From a virus: DNA of 50,757 bases. The position numbers and the translations under genes are program-made. Where the stretch lies: the IMG/VR virus record IMGVR_UViG_3300046724_000204. One strand, 5' to 3'. Positions 32,565 through 39,948 of this stretch are shown here, one piece after another. Positions within the stretch are counted from its first letter, which is position 1. Each line of letters opens with the position of its first letter. Below the pieces are notes generated by a model. The model did no database searches. It saw nothing but the letters and a program-made list of their open reading frames with translations, and was not told the DNA's origin.

Positions 32565-32639
32565 GTTCGCATTGTCGTTTTCGCATTGTCGTTTTCGCAT
32601 TGTCGCTTTACACGACTACAGTTTTCGCATTGTCGCTTT
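32565..32639. repeat. Iteron array: TTCGCATTGTCG core x4 (three at 14-bp period, a fourth after a 16-bp gap)
   Basis: Cores at 32566-77, 32580-91, 32594-605 and 32624-35. The last two are embedded in the 18-mer TTTTCGCATTGTCGCTTT. Confidence 0.9.
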
Positions 32640-32690
32640 GCCGGGCCGAGGCGCCCCGGGCGTGCCCGGGCCGGCGTCATGGACACGGCG

Positions 32691-32774
32691 CGGTCAGATG
32701 GGACAGTGCCCAGGGGCGCCCAGGGACAGATGGGACAGTGCCCAGGGGTGTCCCTGGGACAGATGGGACAGTGC
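32691..32774. repeat. Three phased (32-33 bp) copies of CAGATGGGACAGTGC, each part of a GGGACAG-AT-GGGACAG doublet
   Basis: CAGATGGGACAGTGC at 32695-709, 32727-741 and 32760-774. GGGACAG at 32700, 32723, 32732, 32756 and 32765. The spacer CCCAGGGGTGTCCCTGGG is itself palindromic. Confidence 0.9.
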
Positions 32775-32991
32775 TCCAGGCATGGAAACGCCGCCAGCTC
32801 AGGGAGCCAGCGGCGTTGTCAGGCGCCCGGTATGGTTCAGGGTTGACGCGACGGCGGTACGGGCGGCGACGTCTTGTTCTCCCGGGTCACACGCTCAGCC
32901 ATGGCACGGCGCCGCGCCAGGCGCCGCGCGACCCTGGCCAGTCGTGGGCCAGGGTCGCGGTTAATCAACGCGGCGGGCGGGCGGCGTATCG

Positions 32992-34998
32992 TCATGCGAC
33001 TGACTCCGGCGATGCCTCTTCCAGCATCCGCGCCAGGACCCCGAGACCTACGCGGCCCAGATCGTCAAGGCTGGCTACGTTGACGCTGTGGCCGTCCGGG
33101 AACGCCTTGACCACTTGCGGCGCGGCCATGCCAAGGGCGACAACCTCCACGCCCCAGGACCGCGCCACGAAGCAGGCATCGGTGACGCAGCCCGGGCCAT
33201 AATTGCAATCACCATCGGTGAGCACCATCAAAATATGCCGGTTGGCATCGATGGTGCGCAACACTTCGGCGCAGCCCAGTATCGCCGGGCTCATGGGCGT
33301 GGTCACGTACGGTTGAACCGCCATCAGCCGGTGTGCGTTGGCTCGCACCGGTATGCCAAACTCAATTAATGGCACCAGTTGCGCACCGGCAACGCCCCGC
33401 GTGTCGCCGTATGGCGTGTCAATGAACCCGTAGACCGCTACCTTCGCCCCGGCATCCTCCGCCGCCGTGGCCAGGTGGAACGCCGTCACGCATGCCATGG
33501 CGTGGGCTCGCCCCGTCATGCTGGATGACAGGTCGATCAGCACCAGCAACGCGGTATCCATGCCCGGTGTCTCATGCTTCCGGCTGAACACATCCACGGC
33601 ACCGGTGCCAAGCCGTGCCATGGCACGGCGATCAAGCCGGCCAGAGGTTTCCCGGTGCGTGACCTGGACCCGTTCCGGTGACACGAGCAAACGCGATATC
33701 TGGCCATGCAAGACGGCGCGACCCGGTAACGCCGCGTTGAACGCCTGAACGTGTCTGAGCGGATCACCAGCAATCGTGCGCGGCATGGCCATGGTCATGT
33801 TCTTGTAACCGTGCAGCCCCTGGGAACCGGTTTTCGGCGCGTCCGGTGCCTGGCGCGCCGATATCGTCTCGGTGACATCAGTCAGGGTTTCGCTGGCTTC
33901 CGGTGCGTCGTCCAGGCTGTAGGTGTCGTCACCGGTCTCGCCAGCCTCACCAGGGGCGTCCTGGTCGTCCTGGGCGGGTTCACCAGCCTCACCAGGGGCG
34001 TCCTGGTCGTCCTGGGCGGGTTCACCAGCCTCACCAGCCTCACCAGCCTCACCAGCCTCACCAGGGGCGCCACCAGGGGCGTCCTGGTCGTCCTGGGCGG
34101 GTTCACCAACCTCACCAGCCTCACCAGCCTCACCAGCCTCACCAGGGGCGCCACCAGGGGCGTCCTGGTCGTCCTGGGCGGGTTCACCAGCCTCACCAGG
34201 GGCGTCCTGGTCGCCATCGCCATCGCCAGCGGCGCCAGGTGCGTCCTGGTTGTCCTGGTCGTCCTGGGGTGGCGTGGGTGGCGTGGGTGGCGCGGCGGGC
34301 TGGTTAGCGGCGATGATCTGGTTTTCCAGGTCAACCATGCGCAGCGCCAGCCGGTACACGTCTTGCGTGGAGCGGCATGCTTTGACTTCGGTCAAGGCGA
34401 CATCCACGAGTCGCGCCACGTCCACATGCAACGCGGCGCGCAAACCCCGGGCGGTCGGAACGACATACCGGTTCGCCATACGCCCCAGGACCGCGAGGCA
34501 GTACGGTGCATCCGCGATCCTGGCGCCAATGACGCGGCCCGCTTTGGTCGCCTGAACCAAACCCTGGTAGTGCAGGTGGTCCATCGTGGCCGAGAGAATG
34601 CCGCGCAAAGCCGGAAAGTGTCCCGCGCGCAACTCTTTCGCTTCGATCCTGACATCTTCCAGGCAGTTCGCCCAATGCCTGACACGACTGCCAGCCTGGA
34701 CGCAGTGAGACCACCATTGCCAATCGGTATGCAGTACATGCAGGCACTCATGCGCGATGAAACCCAGCATCCTATCGGCTTCAAGCCGGGACAGCACGGT
34801 GGACGCGGGCAGGGATGGCAGGGACATGCGCACGTTGCCGCGACCATCCATATGCACGCTGGCCGAAACACCACCGCGTGCGTCAACCGTGACGTGGAGC
34901 GGTTTGTTGCTACCCTGGCCGCGCCGCTGCGCCAGGATCTTCCTGGCGGTCTCAGCGGCGGCACTGGTTACCTCAAGGTAAAGTGTTGACGTTGCCAT
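32992..34998 (-). CDS. CobT-like vWA-domain protein with an acidic repeat region and an N-terminal HExxH motif
   Basis: C-terminal vWA MIDAS motif LVLIDLSSSMTG. The central acidic tandem repeats (PAQDDQDAPGEAGE...) resemble the acidic stretch of cobaltochelatase CobT. FIAHECLHVLH (HExxH) lies at nt 34738-34752. Sits directly downstream of the AAA+ partner with a 2-nt gap. Confidence 0.7.
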   Translation of the reverse strand: MATSTLYLEVTSAAAETARKILAQRRGQGSNKPLHVTVDARGGVSASVHMDGRGNVRMSLPSLPASTVLSRLEADRMLGFIAHECLHVLHTDWQWWSHCVQAGSRVRHWANCLEDVRIEAKELRAGHFPALRGILSATMDHLHYQGLVQATKAGRVIGARIADAPYCLAVLGRMANRYVVPTARGLRAALHVDVARLVDVALTEVKACRSTQDVYRLALRMVDLENQIIAANQPAAPPTPPTPPQDDQDNQDAPGAAGDGDGDQDAPGEAGEPAQDDQDAPGGAPGEAGEAGEAGEVGEPAQDDQDAPGGAPGEAGEAGEAGEAGEPAQDDQDAPGEAGEPAQDDQDAPGEAGETGDDTYSLDDAPEASETLTDVTETISARQAPDAPKTGSQGLHGYKNMTMAMPRTIAGDPLRHVQAFNAALPGRAVLHGQISRLLVSPERVQVTHRETSGRLDRRAMARLGTGAVDVFSRKHETPGMDTALLVLIDLSSSMTGRAHAMACVTAFHLATAAEDAGAKVAVYGFIDTPYGDTRGVAGAQLVPLIEFGIPVRANAHRLMAVQPYVTTPMSPAILGCAEVLRTIDANRHILMVLTDGDCNYGPGCVTDACFVARSWGVEVVALGMAAPQVVKAFPDGHSVNVASLDDLGRVGLGVLARMLEEASPESVA
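33941..34265 (-). repeat. In-frame GC-rich tandem repeats encoding the acidic D/Q/E/G/P region of the vWA protein
   Basis: Repeated units CACCAGCCTCACCAGGGGCGTCCTGGTCGTCCTGGGCGGGTT and (CACCAGCCT)n are visible on the plus strand. Confidence 0.85.
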
Positions 34999-35000
34999 GA

Positions 35001-36593
35001 TCAGTTCCCCTCCCCGGTGACATCGTCAGGCGAAACAACGTCGAAGTCGTCAGCGGCGGGCGATGATGACGGCGCCGGCGCGCCAGGGTTCAACGCGGCG
35101 CGAACCGTGTTTTTATCTACCGCCAACAGGCACTGTTGGCGCAGTGCCTCTTGCTCGCCATCGGGAACACAGTTTTGCACGGCGCAGCGGAACGCGAGAT
35201 CGGGGTCATGGCCATCGGCCAACAGTCCCGCCCAGGCGAACAACCGGCGCAGTCCAAGGCCCTCGGTCAATACCTGCTGGTCAGCGGCGGCGCGTGTCGT
35301 GGTCGCCGCCTGGACGAGCAGGTCAGCCAGTTCCCGCGTGCAGCCCGGGACATGGGACATGAGTATGCCGGCTTCCACGTCGGGAGCGTGCCAGCCCAAC
35401 TTTATGCGCACACCAAAACGATCCAGGGTCGCGGCGTTAAGTGCCTGGGTCCCGTGGTAACCCGTCCGGGACCCGCCGCCCATACCTGACGTGTTATCGG
35501 TGGCCATGAATATCACACCAGGCGCCACACGCACTTTCTGGCCCGTTTCCTGGATGTAAAGAGACCTGTTCGCGGTCAATACGTTCTGCAACGCGAACAA
35601 CGCTCCCGGGCGGGCAATGGAAGGCTCGTCAATGCAAATAACCGCGCCAGGGGTTTGAATGGCGCGCGTCAACTGTCCAGGCTGGAAACTCACACCTTTG
35701 CCATCGCGCGCCGGGACCGTCATGCCCACGAGCGTGGCGGCGTCCGTACTGGCATCGCACGATATCAAAACGAAAGGCCGGCGCAGCCGTGCCGCGATCT
35801 GTTGCGCGAACTCGGTCTTACCAGTGCCTTTGGGACCGAAAAGCATGACGTTATTTCCGCGTCGCATTTCAGTCAGCGCCACTGAGGTTTCGGCGGGCCA
35901 GACGTAACGGTCATTGACGCATGGGGTGTCGGGGTGCGCGCCGTCCCATACCGTCGCGGTTTCCGAACCCAAGGCGCCGCGCACACCAAATGCTTTGCGC
36001 CATGTCACCGTTTGATCAGTCGGCGCGGCCCGAGGTGTCACCGTGTCGCCATCCCGCTCCACGGGAACCTCAACCGTGACGGTTTTCGTCACCGTCACAA
36101 CCTCAGCCGGCTTGCGCGAGGCTATCACCAGGTCGCGCAGTCTCTGGTCCAGAGCAGCGAAACCGCCGCCCATGATGTCAGACCGGATTTTGTTAACCTC
36201 AGCCGCGATGGCGTCATCATCAGTTGGGACTGGTGCGACGCTTCCCTTGATGTTCGGGCTCAGGTCAACCGTGCGTCCGTCTGGCGTTACCCAGGTCGTG
36301 TCGGGCGGCGTCATCAGGTCGCGCGCTTCGTCCTGGTCGGTATCGTCCTGGTCGGTATCAACCATTGGCTGATTTCCCGGGGTGTGCGCGGGATGCAACA
36401 GCATTGGATCGATGCCGGCAATGCGCAGCAACCCGCGCAGGTCGGGTTTGGTCAGGTTGTTTATCAACCTGCCATTCAGTTCCTGGCGGACCGCGTCGGC
36501 ATCGGACATGCCGGCGGGATTGGCGGCGAGGAACTCGCGCAACGCGACACGCATCGCGGTGCGCCAGACGGCGCTAGGGGTAGGGTTAGTCAT
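35001..36593 (-). CDS. CobS/MoxR-like AAA+ ATPase with a ~240-aa N-terminal extension
   Basis: NVMLFGPKGTGKTEF (Walker A), AVICIDEPS (Walker B), ATLDRFGVRIKL. The domain order is typical of the AAA_5/CobS family. 530 aa. Confidence 0.8.
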   Translation of the reverse strand: MTNPTPSAVWRTAMRVALREFLAANPAGMSDADAVRQELNGRLINNLTKPDLRGLLRIAGIDPMLLHPAHTPGNQPMVDTDQDDTDQDEARDLMTPPDTTWVTPDGRTVDLSPNIKGSVAPVPTDDDAIAAEVNKIRSDIMGGGFAALDQRLRDLVIASRKPAEVVTVTKTVTVEVPVERDGDTVTPRAAPTDQTVTWRKAFGVRGALGSETATVWDGAHPDTPCVNDRYVWPAETSVALTEMRRGNNVMLFGPKGTGKTEFAQQIAARLRRPFVLISCDASTDAATLVGMTVPARDGKGVSFQPGQLTRAIQTPGAVICIDEPSIARPGALFALQNVLTANRSLYIQETGQKVRVAPGVIFMATDNTSGMGGGSRTGYHGTQALNAATLDRFGVRIKLGWHAPDVEAGILMSHVPGCTRELADLLVQAATTTRAAADQQVLTEGLGLRRLFAWAGLLADGHDPDLAFRCAVQNCVPDGEQEALRQQCLLAVDKNTVRAALNPGAPAPSSSPAADDFDVVSPDDVTGEGN

Positions 36594-36732
36594 GGGGTGT
36601 TTGCTTTCCAGTGGGGTGTTTCGAAGGGGTGCAGGATCGTCATAGGCAAGGCAAGCAATCCCCCGTAAGCCGGGACCAAACCAAACGCAACATCAATCTT
36701 GTGTTTTCTTCAGGACAGGACACAATCAGGCC

Positions 36733-37152
36733 ATGGAAACAACCGACACGGCGCCGCGATCAAACCGCATGGGGGGTTGGCGCGGGCAACCCGGCAGCAT
36801 CGCCACGCTACATAAATACCGCGTGTCGTTCGCTGATCCGAACCTTCGGCGCTGCGTGCGCTGTTCTCGCGTGGCGACGCGTGGGTTCGCCACGTGTTGG
36901 ACGCACAGCGGGCAACGGCAGCGGGATACGCCAGGTCGGCGCGCCGGACGCATCATGGAGGCGATGCACAAGCGGGGTTTACTGCCGGCGGATCTCATGG
37001 CCACGGCGCTATGGCGGGACATGGCCAGACTGCCACGGGACACGCGGGAACCGTTGGCGTTGGCGTTGGTCCTGGCGTGGGACATGCGGGACAGCGAACC
37101 GCTGGCATGGTCCCGGGTTTGGCGGGCTGCTTGCGAAGCGGCTCGGACATGA
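36733..37152 (+). CDS. Hypothetical Cys/His-containing protein, first gene of the late-direction operon
   Basis: 139 aa with RRCVRCSRVATRGFATCWTHSG (C-x2-C-x10-C-x2-H). Divergent from the AAA+ gene. Its stop overlaps the next start (ATGA at 37149-37152). Confidence 0.45.
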   Translation: METTDTAPRSNRMGGWRGQPGSIATLHKYRVSFADPNLRRCVRCSRVATRGFATCWTHSGQRQRDTPGRRAGRIMEAMHKRGLLPADLMATALWRDMARLPRDTREPLALALVLAWDMRDSEPLAWSRVWRAACEAART

Positions 37153-37228
37153 CAAAGCGCGGGACCGCCGGGACACGCGGGACAACGGTTGTCCCGGCCT
37201 TGGACACTGGCGCGGGACCGTTGGACAG
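37016..37228. repeat. Cluster of about 12 GGGAC(A/C) boxes, several as 9-bp-spaced direct doublets or triplets
   Basis: GGGACACGCGGGAAC (37037-51), GGGACATGCGGGACA (37079-93), GGGACCGCCGGGACACGCGGGACA (37161-84), palindrome GGGACAAC-G-GTTGTCCC (37179-95). Further boxes at 37016, 37202, 37214 and 37223. Confidence 0.8.
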
Positions 37229-37463
37229 GCACGGTTCAGTTAGTGTGTCCATCAAACGGCTCTTGGAAAACCTGGCTTTGGACCCCAATGCCGGAGCGCA
37301 ATCCAGGGTCGCGGCGGCGAGAACATTGGCCGAAATCAACGGCTTAACGGGGCGTCATCAGCCCAAGCCTGATAGGACCAATGACATGCCGATAGACGAG
37401 CTGAGCCGGGAAGAGCTTGTCCTGGAGCTGGCACGCCTGCGGTCCCGGGTCGCGAGTGCGTGA
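37149..37463 (+). CDS. Hypothetical protein (104 aa), weakly small-terminase-like helical motif
   Basis: ORF 36894..37463 trimmed to ATG 37149. ...SIKRLLENLALDPNAGAQSRVAAARTLAEINGLTG... recalls the helical motif seen in some small terminase subunits. The N-terminal (R/A)GT x3 is encoded by the 9-bp GGGAC repeats. Confidence 0.4.
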   Translation: MTKRGTAGTRGTTVVPALDTGAGPLDRHGSVSVSIKRLLENLALDPNAGAQSRVAAARTLAEINGLTGRHQPKPDRTNDMPIDELSREELVLELARLRSRVASA

Positions 37464-37509
37464 ATATCGGCACTCATAGCGCCTAACGCCTTGATATGTA
37501 TGGGACAAG

Positions 37510-37530
37510 CACGGTTCATGCCGAACCGTG
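37510..37530 (+). promoter_or_regulatory. Perfect 8-bp-stem hairpin CACGGTTC-ATGCC-GAACCGTG
   Basis: Read directly. It is preceded by TGGGACAAGCACGGTTCA, a 15/16 copy of GGACAGGCACGGTTCA at 37223-37238. Confidence 0.6.
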
Positions 37531-37559
37531 GCGCGGTCCCGGGCGGCCCCGGCCTCGGG

Positions 37560-37600
37560 GCGTCCGCCCTCCGGGGGGTCCGCCCGCCGGACGCATTTTC
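37560..37600 (+). terminator. Rho-independent terminator candidate
   Basis: GCGTCCG (37560-66) pairs with CGGACGC (37588-94) around a GC-rich interior and is followed by ATTTTC. It lies in the 388-nt gap between the two small genes and the tail fibre genes. Confidence 0.5.
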
Positions 37601-37851
37601 CTCTCACTGGTTTAGATACCTCGTTGGTATTACTGAGACTTTCATACTGGAAAGGCAACATTTGGCGCGCTGAGCGTAGTTTCTGGGTTGACTGTTGTTA
37701 ATCAATTTGGGTGCCGTGGGCTCATCTCAAAAACCGAGCGTGCCGAGCACTCTCGCAACCTTGCGTTGAGCGCCCCAAACAACAGGGCTGGTGTTGCGAA
37801 AAGAAAGGGTCTACAGGCGAAACACGCACCCAACACGGGGGAACGCAGCGT

Positions 37852-39948
37852 ATGCCCGACTCCGTCCCCGGCAAACTCGTGGCCTCGGAGCCCGTACCCC
37901 CCGTACGGCAGTACTCGTTCACGGATTTCCAGGTAAACAACCCGACCGCACCGCCCCCCGGTGACAGGCTCGACGCCGAGTTCGACCGGATAAACGCGGC
38001 GATTGGCGGTACTCTTGCCTGGACGGAGACCAGCCTGAGCCCGGACGGGACCTTGCGGGCTCGTGCGCCGAACGCGGCCCCACGGTCCATTTCCGGCCCG
38101 GAAAACGCCGCTGATCACGCGGACGGAGCGGCAGCCGTCGCTCAGGCATATGCCGACGTGGGGATGGCCTGGGCCGAGTACATGCCCGACACCATCCCAC
38201 CAAATCTCCTGGTTGTTCAGGCGGTTACCGGCGATCACTGGTCCTCCCGCTGGTGGGCGCACCGGGCCTCGGAGTACATATATGAACTGGAAGCCCTGTT
38301 GCGAGCGGCGCCGCCGCTCGCCGTAGTATATGAGTACACGTACATCGCCGTCGCCGGGCAGACGGTTTTCACCGGGGCGGACCGTGACGGCACGGTGCTG
38401 GTTTTCACGCCGGGACCGCAGCAAACCCTGGCGGTGTACTCCAATGGTTTGCTGCGCACCCCGGTGACCGACTACACGGCGACCGCCAATACCGTCACTT
38501 TTCTGACCCCCAGGGGGGCGGGCGATGTCGTGCAGATCCAGGTCGAGGGTATCGCCGCCGGCGGCGGATATCTGCCTTTGACGGGTGGAACCCTGACCGG
38601 TCCTCTTGTTCTGAGCGCGGACCCGTTGGTCGCTCTGGGCGCGGCGACACGCCAGTACGTTGATAACCATCAACCTTTGGGCGGGCCGTATTTGCCCATC
38701 TCCGGGGGTATTCTTACCGGCGACCTGACGACGGGTCAGGTGCTCACGGTGCAAGGCACGAGCCCGAGCCCCTATCCGCAACTGCGATTGTTCAACAGCG
38801 CGAACCCCGTCGATCAGAAGCTGGTCGTGCTGTACTCCGACCCGTCCGGTAGCCTGAACATGCAGTTCGGCAATGACGTGGGAAGCGCCGCGAGCACGTT
38901 CTTCAGCGTCAGCCGGGGCAGTGGTTACGCGGTTTCAGCGGTGAACCTGACCGCGCCGAGCATCAACCTGAACGGGACGGCGTGGACCAGCGGCACGCTC
39001 ACCGGCAACGGGGTGTACTCCAACGCGGGGTTCACGCTCAACGGCACGACGGGTGGCCTGCTTTACGACGCGAACTACTGTTATCACAGACAGGACAGTT
39101 CGAACTGGCAGTGGCGCTACACCCGGTCCAACGGCACGATGGAGTATGTCCGGGGTAGCGACGGCGCTTCGTTGTTCGCTATCGATGGGGGCGGGAGCGT
39201 CACCGCGCCGGGACGGGCGACCGTCAACAGTATCATGAACGGCACCGGCACCATGTATGTCGCCGGAGACACCGCGTATTACATGGGCCGGAACGGCGCC
39301 GATGGGCACTGGCGCTGGGTCGAGAACAACGTCACCAACATGGAACTGGATGCCGCCGGCACCTTGACCCTGAAAACCGAGGTCGTGGCGCCCTACATCA
39401 CCGCGTCCACGACGGTCCGCGTCGGTGATGGGCAGCAGCAGATGTATCAGCCGCCCGGTGTTCACCGTTACGCGTTCAACAATGGCTGGACCTGGGACTG
39501 GGTGACGGCGACCGGGGATCTGACCTGGTACGCCAACACGGTGGGCGCTTTCATCACGTTCATCGCTACCGGCGCTTCGCAGTTTCACGCCGTTAACTGG
39601 CTGGGGCCGTGGCAAGGCCAGCCGTACATCACGGTTTCGGATGAACGCACCAAACGCGATATCGAACCCTCGACGGTGGGGCTCGCGGAGGTCCTGAAGA
39701 TCGCGCCGATCCGGTTTCACAGGCCAGGCAAGGCGCGTGTTGAGATCGGCTTTTCGGCCCAGCAACTCGCGGCGGTCCTGCCCGAGGCGGTCGTGCCGGT
39801 GGGCACGCCCGAGCAAGAGGGTCCCGGATCGCTGGCAAGCGACGATCCCATGCTGGGGATCACCAGCGAGACCGTTGTCGCCGCCCTGGTCAACGCGGTG
39901 CGAACCCTGAGCGCGCGGATCGAAGTGCTGGAAGGAACCCGGGCATGA
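37852..39948 (+). CDS. Tail fibre with C-terminal S74-type intramolecular chaperone (auto-processing) domain
   Basis: Trimmed to ATG 37852 (GGGGGA upstream). N-terminal YSFTDFQVNNPTAPPPGDRLDAEFDRINAAI is a typical fibre N-terminus. The C-terminal VSDERTKRDIEP...IRFH...GFSAQQLAAVLPEAV... (from nt 39637) matches the S-D-x-R-x-K chaperone domain. Confidence 0.85.
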   Translation: MPDSVPGKLVASEPVPPVRQYSFTDFQVNNPTAPPPGDRLDAEFDRINAAIGGTLAWTETSLSPDGTLRARAPNAAPRSISGPENAADHADGAAAVAQAYADVGMAWAEYMPDTIPPNLLVVQAVTGDHWSSRWWAHRASEYIYELEALLRAAPPLAVVYEYTYIAVAGQTVFTGADRDGTVLVFTPGPQQTLAVYSNGLLRTPVTDYTATANTVTFLTPRGAGDVVQIQVEGIAAGGGYLPLTGGTLTGPLVLSADPLVALGAATRQYVDNHQPLGGPYLPISGGILTGDLTTGQVLTVQGTSPSPYPQLRLFNSANPVDQKLVVLYSDPSGSLNMQFGNDVGSAASTFFSVSRGSGYAVSAVNLTAPSINLNGTAWTSGTLTGNGVYSNAGFTLNGTTGGLLYDANYCYHRQDSSNWQWRYTRSNGTMEYVRGSDGASLFAIDGGGSVTAPGRATVNSIMNGTGTMYVAGDTAYYMGRNGADGHWRWVENNVTNMELDAAGTLTLKTEVVAPYITASTTVRVGDGQQQMYQPPGVHRYAFNNGWTWDWVTATGDLTWYANTVGAFITFIATGASQFHAVNWLGPWQGQPYITVSDERTKRDIEPSTVGLAEVLKIAPIRFHRPGKARVEIGFSAQQLAAVLPEAVVPVGTPEQEGPGSLASDDPMLGITSETVVAALVNAVRTLSARIEVLEGTRA

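Noticed and set aside
32565-32774. Possibility that the short direct repeats form a CRISPR array
   Set aside because: The repeats are 14 bp and contiguous with no spacers, or 15 bp with fixed related spacers. No cas genes are present. The architecture is iteron-like and not CRISPR-like.
32515-33202. Three overlapping plus-strand ORFs (109-221 aa) across the iteron and GGGACAG repeat region
   Set aside because: They are translations of tandem DNA repeats in all three frames, giving repetitive nonsense such as FALSFSHCRF. They continue antisense into the vWA gene.
37510-37530. Hairpin CACGGTTC-ATGCC-GAACCGTG (and other intergenic hairpins) as tRNA fragments or an attP core
   Set aside because: An 8-bp stem with a 5-nt loop does not fit a T-arm (5-bp stem, 7-nt loop), and no cloverleaf could be built in any non-coding region. 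No tRNA gene or attP is claimed.
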